Positions 29,085 through 38,031 of a stretch of 41,736 nt of DNA are shown here, in pieces. The stretch's first letter is position 1. Each line of letters starts with the position of its first letter. The notes below the pieces were generated by a model. The model had not been told where the DNA came from. It made no database searches and saw only the letters and a program-made list of their open reading frames with translations. The translations under genes were made by a program, and so were the position numbers. Source of the stretch: a candidate division TA06 bacterium SM23_40 (GTDB taxonomy: Bacteria > LJUI01 > SM1-40); contig LJUI01000006.1 of the NCBI GenBank assembly GCA_001303705.1, forward strand, positions 1-41,736. The letters are read 5' to 3'.

Positions 29085-29738
29085 CTAGACATCCTCGTCC
29101 TTCAGACCGGCTATGGCACGGCGCATATCATCGGCCTGGAAGATCGCCGTCGCCGCCACCAGTATGTCGGCACCTGCCTCGATCAGTTGCCTTGCCAACT
29201 CCGGCTTCACTCCACCGTCGACCTCGAGCTCTATCTCGTACCCCGCGGCCCTGATCTGCCTCTTGGTCTCGGCCATCTTGGCCAACACTCGGCGATCGAA
29301 TTCCTGGCCAGCGCGGCCCGGCTGGACGGACATGATCAATAACAGATCGATCTCGGGGAAGAGTGATGCCAGCTGCTCAGTGGGAGTGTCGGGATTCACC
29401 GCGATACCGGCTCGCGCCCCGCGCCGCCTGATATCCGACAGAACGGTCCGTGGCTCCGGACACGCCTCATAGTGGATCGTGATGTAATCCGCCCCGGCTT
29501 CCACCATCGGCTGTACCCAGTTCCCTGGATCTGCGACCATCAGGTGAACGTCGAGGGGCAGCGAAGTCCAGCTATCCACCTTCGCCACCAAGGTGTGATC
29601 GAACGTCGCGTTGTCAACGAATCGACCGTCCATCACATCGAGGTGAATAAGATCGACACCCGCAGACTCAGCCTTCTCGACTTCCGCCTTCAGCCTGGAG
29701 AAATCCGCCGACAGAATCGATGCTGCGACTTTCGGCAT
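29085..29738 (-). CDS. rpe: ribulose-phosphate 3-epimerase
   Basis: SILSADF, HLDVMDG.FV.N, DVHLMV, MSV.PG..GQ, EVDGG; start could be 29738, 29744 or 29756. Confidence 0.95.
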   Translation of the reverse strand: MPKVAASILSADFSRLKAEVEKAESAGVDLIHLDVMDGRFVDNATFDHTLVAKVDSWTSLPLDVHLMVADPGNWVQPMVEAGADYITIHYEACPEPRTVLSDIRRRGARAGIAVNPDTPTEQLASLFPEIDLLLIMSVQPGRAGQEFDRRVLAKMAETKRQIRAAGYEIELEVDGGVKPELARQLIEAGADILVAATAIFQADDMRRAIAGLKDEDV

Positions 29739-29801
29739 ACCCATTCCCTCGATCATCGTGTGTCGCCGTCACCTTCCACACTCGCTTGCCAAACACATAT
29801 T

Positions 29802-29879
29802 ATGGTAGACAAAGGTAGGGGCAATGTCAAGGGCTTCTCGCTTTTCCTGTTGACGCACGCAGCTTCTCTCTGATAACCT
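29802..29879. promoter_or_regulatory. divergent sigma70 promoters for rpe (-) and dCMP deaminase (+)
   Basis: Minus: TTGACA-N17-TACCAT (29830-29802); plus: TTGACG-N18-TAACCT (29850-29879). Confidence 0.6.
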
Positions 29880-29960
29880 CTAGACCTGATTCCAGAGCTC
29901 CCGCCGGTACGGACCGGGAAGAGCAGCCTGAGACCGATACCTGACTACAGAAGCACTATC

Positions 29961-30473
29961 ATGGGTAGGCCATCCAAAGACAAATACTATCTCAACCTCG
30001 CGCGTGAGGTTGCGAGACGAGGGACCTGCATCAGGAGGAATTTCGGTGCGGTCATCGTAAATCACGATCAGATCGTGAGTACCGGCTACAGCGGAGCACC
30101 CCGCGGAACCGTGAACTGCGTCGATATCGGCTACTGCCCTCGTGAGGAGGCCAAGATCCCGCGCGGCGAGCGATACGAGCTGTGTCGATCGGTGCATGCG
30201 GAGATGAATGCAGCCATCCACGCAGCACGGCGAGACATGGTGGGCGCCACGCTGTACCTCGCCGGCCTCTCTGCGGATGACAGTCGGCCAGTGACAGGAA
30301 CGAGGCCGTGCAAGCTCTGTCGCCGGGTCATCATCAATGCCGGCATTGACAGAGTAGTGGTCGCGGAGGGCGACCGGATCGTATCGTATGCTGTCTCCGA
30401 CTGGGTGGAGGAGGAAGAGGCTGACACATCGATAGATGATATGGTCTGGGAGCCCCTCCATCCCCCGACCTGA
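29961..30473 (+). CDS. dCMP deaminase / ComEB-like Zn deaminase
   Basis: RPS.D.YY, R.TC.RR..GAVIV, TGY.GAP, HAEMNA, PCKLC, IINAGI. Confidence 0.92.
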   Translation: MGRPSKDKYYLNLAREVARRGTCIRRNFGAVIVNHDQIVSTGYSGAPRGTVNCVDIGYCPREEAKIPRGERYELCRSVHAEMNAAIHAARRDMVGATLYLAGLSADDSRPVTGTRPCKLCRRVIINAGIDRVVVAEGDRIVSYAVSDWVEEEEADTSIDDMVWEPLHPPT

Positions 30474-30666
30474 GCGCATTCCCTCCTACGACATCTCCAT
30501 CTCGTCACTCAGAAGACAAAGAGACCGGATTGCGTCGAAGAGTCTCGTACGCAGTCCGGCCTCTCTTGTTTCATGGCCCGCGGCGTTGCACCGCCAGGCT
30601 GCCGCCTGCGATGCATTCAGAGCCACGTAGCGCATGGCATCCCGTACTGGCGAAAGGCCATCGCTA

Positions 30667-30912
30667 CTACTTCCTCTTCTTCCTTCTTCTCGCCTTCTTC
30701 TTCGTCGTAGTCTTCTTTGCCGCCTTCTTCGCCGCAGTCCTGTGCTGAGCGCAGTACGGAGAACGCGGCGCCGCCGGTCGCTTGCACCGCTTACCGGCAC
30801 GGGTCTTCGCGATGCACCTTGCCTTTGGCGCAGCCTTCTTCTTCGTAGCCTTCCTCTTCGTAGTCCTCTTTCTCTTCGCCTTTGCTTTCGTCTTCCTCTT
30901 GGCTCGCATCAT
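30667..30912 (-). CDS. histone H1-like Lys/Arg/Ala-rich protein with central C-x9-C-x10-C-x2-H motif
   Basis: KKAAKK-type repeats flanking CIAKTRAGKRCKRPAAPRSPYCAQH; GAGGAGG RBS; tandem TAG stops. Confidence 0.75.
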   Translation of the reverse strand: MMRAKRKTKAKAKRKRTTKRKATKKKAAPKARCIAKTRAGKRCKRPAAPRSPYCAQHRTAAKKAAKKTTTKKKARRRKKRK

Positions 30913-31193
30913 TCCGACCTTCACCTCCTCTCCCGTGAGAGTGACTGCACCTGACTGAACTGCTCTACAACGACTCTCCTCAACATCTAGTCTTCCTTCA
31001 TCATCCTCCCCACCATGATCTCAAGCATTCGTCTGTTACGCCTCACCCCCTCTCTCTTGGAGTTGATCCATTCGACACATCACTGACCGATTTCCGATCG
31101 GAACAGACTCTTGCGTCGAGACCATCGTGCATGAGGCGATCATCATCTCAGTACGTATCTCATGTTGACACCGTACATACATCATCGTGTAAA

Positions 31194-31222
31194 ACATAAA
31201 GCACTCGCTTACATTCGTCAAT
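31194..31222 (-). promoter_or_regulatory. putative promoter for H1-like gene with AT-rich upstream tract
   Basis: Minus strand TTGACG-N17-TATGTT; A/T tracts at about 31225-31255. Confidence 0.5.
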
Positions 31223-31398
31223 ACTTTTTCTCTCGAAAACAAAATATTTTTTTACCGACTTTCGGCCCGTTCACCGATCGGACCAGGACCTCGTACAGAC
31301 ACGGAGCAACGTCCGACCCATATCGTCTCCGCCTCGTCAGTCTCCGGTCTCAATTCTTCAGGCCACTACTTCCGACAGAACCTATCGAGGCTTTTTCG

Positions 31399-31427
31399 TT
31401 GACGCCAACGAGAAAACCGGCTAATCT
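31399..31427 (+). promoter_or_regulatory. sigma70-type promoter for ftcd
   Basis: TTGACG-N17-TAATCT. Confidence 0.55.
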
Positions 31428-31536
31428 CCCAGCACAGCATCACGCGGAGTCAGGCAACGAAGCTGATCGGAGCGGCATGGCCCGATCCCATAGACGGCTA
31501 TAGGGATGTCACATGCGGATGAGAGGGGGAGAAGGT

Positions 31537-33213
31537 ATGCTAAGGCTTGTTGAGTGCGTCCCCAACTTCAGTGAAGGCAGGGACATGGATATTGTCAACA
31601 ATATCTCAGCCGAGATCTCCAGCACAGCCGAGGTCAAGCTCCTCGACGTAGATCCCGGCCGCGATACCAACCGAACCGTCGTGACGTTCATCGGTTCTCC
31701 GGAAGGTGTCATCGAGGCAGCGTTCAACGCCATCAGGAAGGCAGCCGAGCTCATCGACATGTCGAAACACGAGGGCGCCCATGCTCGCATGGGAGCAACC
31801 GACGTCTGTCCGCTCGTACCCGTGAGTGGAGTCACCATGGACGATTGTGTCGAGCTGGCCAGGCGACTCGGGAAACGGGTGGCCGACGAACTCAAGATTC
31901 CGGTCTACCTCTATGAGAATGCAGCCACCGTACCCGAACGCCGGAAGCTGCCGACGATTCGAAAGGGTGAGTACGAGGGACTGGCGGACAAGCTGAAGGA
32001 TCCCCAATGGAAGCCAGATTTCGGCGAACCGGTCTTCAACCCCAGGTCCGGGGCGACGGTAGTCGGAGCGCGCGAATTCCTCATCGCGTACAACATAAAT
32101 CTCAACACGACCGACGCGAGGCTGGCGAAGGAGATAGCCTTCAATATCCGCGAGACCGGAAAGGCAAAGCGGGACAAGGACGGCAGGATCGTCAGAGACG
32201 AGAATGGCCGCGCCCTGAGACAACCAGGGACCCTCAAAGCATGCAATGCTACAGGGTGGTATCTCGATGATTTCGGCATCGCCCAGGTCACGATGAATCT
32301 CATCAACTACAAGGTGACGCCGCCCCACGTTGCGTTCGAAGAGGTCGTTCGCGAGGCAGATCGCCTCGGGCTTCGCGTCACCGGCAGTGAGCTCGTGGGC
32401 TTGATCCCGAAAGCTGCCGTACTGGAGGCGGGCCGCTACTTTCTACAGAAGCAAGGGAAGTCCGCTGGCGTACCTGAGGAAGTCCTCATCGAAACCGCAA
32501 TACGCTCGATGGGGTTCAGGGAGATCGCCGAATTCGACCCGCGGAAGAAGATCATCGAATATCAATTCGGCCGGAACGAGGATTCCCTCGTATCAAAGGA
32601 TATCCAGAGTTTCATGAACGAGCTGTCTGTCGACTCTCCGGCTCCTGGAGGGGGGAGTGCGGCTGCCCTGTGCGGAGCTCTCGCAGCATCGCTTGCCTCC
32701 ATGGTGGCCAATCTCACCTTCGGCAAGAAGGAATATAGAGACTCGCAGGATGAGATGGAACGTATCGCCGTCAGGGCTCAGGAGCTGAAGGATGGGTTCG
32801 TGGCCGCCATCGACCGCGATACCGCGGCCTTCAACAGAGTCATGGCGGCATTCAGGCTGCGGAAGAAGACGGACGAGGACAAGGCGCGGAGACAGGAGGC
32901 CATCCAGGAGGCAACAAAGCAGGCCACCCTCGTGCCGCTCGAGGTACTCGAAACCTCGGTCGAGGCCCTCAAGCTCGCACTCCGCGTCGCCGAGAAAGGG
33001 TTGCGGACCTCCGTCAGCGATGCGGGCGTGGCCGGCGTCGCCGGGCGGGCGGCGGCCATCGGAGCCTACTACAACGTCCGGATCAACCTCGCATCGATCA
33101 CCGATGAGGCGTTTGTGGGAAAAGTGCGCAATCAGGCAACGACGTACCGCGATGAGGCGCTCAAGCTCGCCGATCGGATCGCAGAGGCCGTCGGGCAAGA
33201 ACTCGAGAAATAG
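31537..33213 (+). CDS. ftcd: bifunctional glutamate formimidoyltransferase / formimidoyltetrahydrofolate cyclodeaminase
   Basis: LVECVPNFSEGR, H.GAH.RMGA.DV.P, GSELVGLIP; C-terminal SPAPGGGS, SMVANLT, SDAGV. Confidence 0.93.
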   Translation: MLRLVECVPNFSEGRDMDIVNNISAEISSTAEVKLLDVDPGRDTNRTVVTFIGSPEGVIEAAFNAIRKAAELIDMSKHEGAHARMGATDVCPLVPVSGVTMDDCVELARRLGKRVADELKIPVYLYENAATVPERRKLPTIRKGEYEGLADKLKDPQWKPDFGEPVFNPRSGATVVGAREFLIAYNINLNTTDARLAKEIAFNIRETGKAKRDKDGRIVRDENGRALRQPGTLKACNATGWYLDDFGIAQVTMNLINYKVTPPHVAFEEVVREADRLGLRVTGSELVGLIPKAAVLEAGRYFLQKQGKSAGVPEEVLIETAIRSMGFREIAEFDPRKKIIEYQFGRNEDSLVSKDIQSFMNELSVDSPAPGGGSAAALCGALAASLASMVANLTFGKKEYRDSQDEMERIAVRAQELKDGFVAAIDRDTAAFNRVMAAFRLRKKTDEDKARRQEAIQEATKQATLVPLEVLETSVEALKLALRVAEKGLRTSVSDAGVAGVAGRAAAIGAYYNVRINLASITDEAFVGKVRNQATTYRDEALKLADRIAEAVGQELEK

Positions 33214-33334
33214 ACGAATCTACGCTCTCAGTCCATATCCCGATCTAGGGAGGACGTGGAGGACCCACCACACGGGGTGATCGGAGGGGGAGCGGACAGA
33301 TAGGGGAGCTCATGGATGAGACGAGCCGGCCCCG

Positions 33335-35449
33335 CTAGCACGGGGCTGGACTCACATTGATGCGAACGTCAACGACCTTGCAGTCCTCGGGCCTGGGAGC
33401 AGCGATGAACGGGTTGACATCGAGCTCACCGATACAGTGGAAGTCAGTAACCAACTGAGAGAGCCGCTGGAGGGATTCGACCAACGTTTCGATATGGACA
33501 CCCTCCTCCCCGCGCATTCCGGTGAGGAGCGGATAGCCGCGAATGGACGTCACCATCTCCTCCGCGTCCACATCAGTGATGGGAACGACACGGAAAATCA
33601 CATCACGTAGCACCTCGACGTACTTCCCTCCCAGTCCGAACATCAGAAGGGGACCATATGTCGGGTCGTAGACCATGCCGAGAATAACCTCCTGGCCCGT
33701 CTTCCCCATCTCCTGCACATAATAGCCTTCGACCCTGTCGATCACACCGTGTTTCGTCAGGGCCTTCTTCATCGTCCTGAAGGCCTCCACGAACTCCTTG
33801 CCATCACGTATGTCGACGATGACGCCGCCGATATCTGATTTGTGAACGATACCCCTTCCGGCGACCTTGAGGACGAGCGGATATCCCAGCTCTTCGGCTG
33901 CCTCGAGGCCATCCTCGATCGTATCGACAAGTTTCAGGCGGCAATACCGGAACCCGTATGCGGCGAGGACTTCGTAGGCCTCCAGCTGCTCGAGATATCC
34001 TCCTCCGCCACGCTGCCGGGATTCGAGTATCTTCGCTGCTCTTTCCCGGTCGACATCCGCGACTGCGACCTCTCCCTTCGGTCTGGACCGCCATGTATGG
34101 TAGTGGTACAGCTCGGCACACGCACGGGCGGCAGATTCGGGAAACCGGTACACCGGCGGACTGTCGGGCACAATCAGTGGAACCTGCTCGAAAAATGTCT
34201 CCTCGGCCATGAAGACCCCCAATACTGGCTTCTCGAACCGCTGCTTCACCTCCGTCACCGCCCTGATGATGTCAACCGGGTTGATCATCATGGGTGGTAC
34301 GAACGTGACAATCACCATATCGTTGTCGGGATCGGCGAGGATGAGTTCGAGCGCTCTGCGATAGTCATCGGCAACCGCGCTCGCTATCATGTCGACTGGA
34401 TTGACGATGCTCGCTTCAGGAGGGAGAAACCGCCGGAGCCCCTCGACTGTCTCGGGCGACAGTGTGGCAATCTTTAAGCCGAGACTGACGCAGGCGTCTG
34501 TGGCCATTATGGCGGGGCCGCCTGCATTCGTGAGGATGGCAACTCGATTGCCGCAGGGCACAGGACATTTGGTGAACGCGAGTATGAGATCGAGCATCTC
34601 TTCGATATCGAACGCTCGAATCACTCCACACTGATGAAGAAGCGCGTCGACGGCCACATCCCGGGCCACCATTGCGCCGGTATGGGAAGATGCGGCGCGG
34701 GCTCCTGCCTCCGTCCTACCCGACTTCACTACGATGATCGGCTTTTTCTTGGAGATACGTCTCGCGAGTGGGGTGAATGAGCGCGGGTCGCCGAAGGATT
34801 CGAGATAGAGAGCTATCACTTCTGTCTGGTCATCATTCTCCCAGTATTCGAGCAGGTCGTTCCCGGAGATGTCCGCCTTATTGCCGACACTGGCGAAATA
34901 GGAGAATCCTATGTGAGCACGCTGAGCGACATTGAGGATCGCCACCCCTAACGCGCCGCTCTGGGACATGAAGCCGATCCTTCCCTGAGACGGCTGCGTA
35001 GGGGCAAAGGTCGCGTTGAGACGAACATCAGGATCGGCGTTGAATACTCCCATGCAGTTGGGCCCGATCATGCGCATACCATGGCGGCGCACAATCTCCA
35101 TCAACTTCTGTTCGCGCTCGATGCCCTGGCCGCCGATCTCCTTGAAGCCAGCGCTTATGACGATAAGGCCTTTGACACCCTTTTCTCCACACTGCTCCAC
35201 GACCTCGAGCACGCTCTCCTTGGGAACGACGATAACCGCCAGATCAACTTCATCCGGGATATCAGTAATTGAATGGTAGCACTTGATACTGTGGGTGAAC
35301 TCGGCCCTCGGGTTGACAGGGAATAGCTTGCCGTTGAACTCGAAATCAATGATATTGCGCACGATCTGGTGGCCGATCGCACCCTTGCGCGTTGAGGCCC
35401 CGATCACGGCAACTGACTTCGGTCTGAAAATGGGGTCGAGCGATGACAT
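33335..35449 (-). CDS. ADP-forming acyl-CoA (acetate--CoA) ligase, fused alpha/beta
   Basis: P.SVAVIGAS, GPNCMG, SQSGA, GNKAD, ASSHTG (His), TNAGG, NPVD; ATP-grasp LKV...IVHKSD.GGV, ELDVNP; no GNAT domain. Confidence 0.9.
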   Translation of the reverse strand: MSSLDPIFRPKSVAVIGASTRKGAIGHQIVRNIIDFEFNGKLFPVNPRAEFTHSIKCYHSITDIPDEVDLAVIVVPKESVLEVVEQCGEKGVKGLIVISAGFKEIGGQGIEREQKLMEIVRRHGMRMIGPNCMGVFNADPDVRLNATFAPTQPSQGRIGFMSQSGALGVAILNVAQRAHIGFSYFASVGNKADISGNDLLEYWENDDQTEVIALYLESFGDPRSFTPLARRISKKKPIIVVKSGRTEAGARAASSHTGAMVARDVAVDALLHQCGVIRAFDIEEMLDLILAFTKCPVPCGNRVAILTNAGGPAIMATDACVSLGLKIATLSPETVEGLRRFLPPEASIVNPVDMIASAVADDYRRALELILADPDNDMVIVTFVPPMMINPVDIIRAVTEVKQRFEKPVLGVFMAEETFFEQVPLIVPDSPPVYRFPESAARACAELYHYHTWRSRPKGEVAVADVDRERAAKILESRQRGGGGYLEQLEAYEVLAAYGFRYCRLKLVDTIEDGLEAAEELGYPLVLKVAGRGIVHKSDIGGVIVDIRDGKEFVEAFRTMKKALTKHGVIDRVEGYYVQEMGKTGQEVILGMVYDPTYGPLLMFGLGGKYVEVLRDVIFRVVPITDVDAEEMVTSIRGYPLLTGMRGEEGVHIETLVESLQRLSQLVTDFHCIGELDVNPFIAAPRPEDCKVVDVRINVSPAPC

Positions 35450-35518
35450 ACACAGGTAGCCCTGGAAGTGAGGCTTTTCATTGAGAAGTGGTGACCCCGG
35501 TCGAGCGCGAGGAGACCC

Positions 35519-35884
35519 CTAGGCGCGAGCAGCGAGGGTCTTCTGTCCCAGCCTATGAAAACGGACCGTTATCGCACTACGACCTTGCCCGGAGGGGCGC
35601 TTGCTCAGGACAACACCAGTGTCATTCCAGGCCTTGTGGAATATGCGGTCGCCTACCGCGAAGGTGTGGGCCGGGCTGTATTCTCGCGCGGGGAGAGAAT
35701 AGACCTGACTGCCTCCTTCCTCCCTCTCCTCCGCACTCTCCCATCGACTGGGAAAGATATGCCCGCACACCAGACACTTCATCCACACTAACCCGTCTCC
35801 ATCGCGCTGACGGACGATCTCGGTAGCAGTGATCTGCGTACACATCTTACAGTAGCTCGATTGCTCCGTACCTGATGGCCTCAT
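35519..35884 (-). CDS. small Zn-ribbon protein with C-terminal Tudor/SH3-like domain
   Basis: CKMC and CLVCGH pairs; YSP..TF.VGD.I.H..W...G.V; ATG 35884 after purine-rich RBS (ORF open from 35917). Confidence 0.65.
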   Translation of the reverse strand: MRPSGTEQSSYCKMCTQITATEIVRQRDGDGLVWMKCLVCGHIFPSRWESAEEREEGGSQVYSLPAREYSPAHTFAVGDRIFHKAWNDTGVVLSKRPSGQGRSAITVRFHRLGQKTLAARA

Positions 35885-36077
35885 TGTCCGCCTCTCCCTC
35901 CTCTCCATGTCGAGCATTCTCCCCTTCTACACCCATTGCGATGCCTGGCAGACACGAACTCTCGATACGCCACTCCTGCCCTCTTCTTGCGATACCCATC
36001 GGGAACCGGCCGTTCACTCCGCCATAGAAGGAGGACGCGGTGTGACGTATGGTATGTTGTGAGGCTGTACTATACCC

Positions 36078-36171
36078 ATGATACCGCATCGGGCCTCACT
36101 TGTCAACTGTCACGCCGCCGACTCGCACATCGCCATTCGCTCTTGACGAACTACACAAACTGTGGTATGCT
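36078..36171. promoter_or_regulatory. divergent sigma70 promoters
   Basis: Minus: TTGACA-N17-TATCAT (36106-36078); plus: TTGACG-N17-TATGCT with TG extension (36143-36171). Confidence 0.7.
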
Positions 36172-36350
36172 CTCATGAGATCGAGTCGAGCAGAACCGAA
36201 GAGATAGTCGTGTCTCGTGCCCGGATCGTGCCTCAGTCCACGGCAGGACTCTGTACGGAGGCGGAGCAGCGTACGATGTGGCGGTGAGGGAGCACGTCCA
36301 CCGGAAAGACGACCACGGGCCACAGTCACAACGATAGGAGGAGATCGATC

Positions 36351-37808
36351 ATGTCCGCGAAGGTGCACCGCGCCATATTGCTGGCTATCCTGGCATTCGC
36401 CGGCACAGCATTAGCTGTTCCGAGGGAGAACAATATCCCCGGAGAGGCTTCATCCGACTTCCTGCCCGCCTATATGACGCCGGAGGAGGAAGGGCTTCGC
36501 CACCTGATCGGAGTGGATCACCGCTGGACGCCTCCTCCCACACAGCCGGTACGTTGTCCGGGAGAATTCGAGCCCCTGGACGGCGTCCTCATCAGATGGT
36601 ACACCTTCTCCGTTACCATCGACCTAATCGACGAGATCCAAGAGGAGACGACCTGCTACATAATAGTCGATAACGCCTCCCAGCAGTCATACGCCGAGTC
36701 GTATCTCACAGGTGTCGGGATCCCGCTCGACAACATTCAATTCATAATCGGGCCAACCAATTCGATCTGGATCCGCGATTACGGTCCGTGGTTTATCTGG
36801 GACGGAGACGGCGGGTACGGCATCGTAGATCTCATCTACAATCGCCCGAGACCTCTGGACGACCTTATTCCCCAGGTGATAGGAGATGCGTGGGATATCC
36901 CTGTGTACGAGCCCACTCTGGTCCATGCGGGCGGGAACTTCATGGTCGACGGGATCGGCACCGGGATGTCGAGCGAGTTGATATATGAAGAGAATCCGGG
37001 CCTCACACCGGCAGAGATCGACTCGGTAATCGAGTACTACCTCGGCTGCGAGCAATTTCTCGTCCTCCCGCGCATGTACGGCGAGTACACCGGGCACATC
37101 GACATCTGGGCCAAGATACTGAACGATCACACCGTGATGGTGGGCGAGTACCCTCCCGGGAACCCGAACTACCAGCGCCTCAATGATAATGCCGCCACCA
37201 TCGCCTCGACCCAGAACCTGAACGGCGAGTATTACGACGTGGTGCGCATCCCCATGCCCCCCGATCCCCCCCCGAATGACTATCCCACATACCTCAACTC
37301 GCTCTTCGTCAATAGCAAAGTGCTCGTCCCCGTCGGGTACGACGTCGCGTACGACGATTCTGCCATGACCATCTATGAGAATGCCCTGCCGGATCGCGAC
37401 ATCATCGGCATCGACTGCGCGGCCATGATCGGCTGGGGCGGGGCAGTCCACTGCATCACCATGCAGGTTCCATCCCGCAGCCCTGTCACCATCGATCTCG
37501 TCCCCGACGCCACTGTCTTCGCGACAGGTGACACCCTCGGCTTCACGGCCCACCTCGTCAATCAGACCCCGGAGGTCCAGACCTTCTACGCGCGGACCGA
37601 GGCGCTAGTGCCGGGGGTGGGCAGCTATCCGCTCATGGGCCCGATGCGGGTAACGCTCTCGCCCGGGCAGGTGGTCGATCGATATATCGCTCACGAGATT
37701 CCGGGCAATGCTCCGCTCGGGGAATACGAGTACATTGCCACCATCGGCGTGCCGCCGGACGAGGTGTGGTGTGAGGATAGCTTCACGTTCGATGTGATTG
37801 CAGAGTAG
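36351..37808 (+). CDS. secreted agmatine/peptidylarginine deiminase family protein with C-terminal Ig-like domain
   Basis: Signal peptide ending ALA; P.EFE, WIRDYGP, GGN.MVDG.G, GHID, Y.N....N, GGAVHCIT (catalytic Cys); AGGAGG RBS. Confidence 0.9.
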   Translation: MSAKVHRAILLAILAFAGTALAVPRENNIPGEASSDFLPAYMTPEEEGLRHLIGVDHRWTPPPTQPVRCPGEFEPLDGVLIRWYTFSVTIDLIDEIQEETTCYIIVDNASQQSYAESYLTGVGIPLDNIQFIIGPTNSIWIRDYGPWFIWDGDGGYGIVDLIYNRPRPLDDLIPQVIGDAWDIPVYEPTLVHAGGNFMVDGIGTGMSSELIYEENPGLTPAEIDSVIEYYLGCEQFLVLPRMYGEYTGHIDIWAKILNDHTVMVGEYPPGNPNYQRLNDNAATIASTQNLNGEYYDVVRIPMPPDPPPNDYPTYLNSLFVNSKVLVPVGYDVAYDDSAMTIYENALPDRDIIGIDCAAMIGWGGAVHCITMQVPSRSPVTIDLVPDATVFATGDTLGFTAHLVNQTPEVQTFYARTEALVPGVGSYPLMGPMRVTLSPGQVVDRYIAHEIPGNAPLGEYEYIATIGVPPDEVWCEDSFTFDVIAE

Positions 37809-37874
37809 GGAGCCCACGCCGCAGACAACCGTCATTCCTCAAGGGGAGTGACCCAACAGACAACTACGATTTCG

Positions 37875-37909
37875 GGAAGGGAGCGACCCTGGTCGGGTCG
37901 CTCCCTTCC
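37875..37909. terminator. 15-bp perfect stem-loop after deiminase gene
   Basis: GGAAGGGAGCGACCC-TGGTC-GGGTCGCTCCCTTCC; weak U tail. Confidence 0.6.
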
Positions 37910-38031
37910 TGTCTGATCATCTCGCCGGACGCGCGGGCCCGAAAAGGACTTGCCCCTCGATAGTACCTGTGATAGAAGGGAACTGTAAAGCCTGACGGTC
38001 GAAATCCACCCTGTAAGGAAAGAGGGAAACG

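Noticed and set aside
33335-35449. Protein lysine acetyltransferase (Pat/YfiQ)
   Set aside because: No GNAT domain, and both phospho-His motifs (SHTG, HKSD) are present.
36172-36350. c-di-GMP or guanidine riboswitch in the deiminase leader
   Set aside because: No recognisable consensus by eye; cannot be supported without a covariance search.
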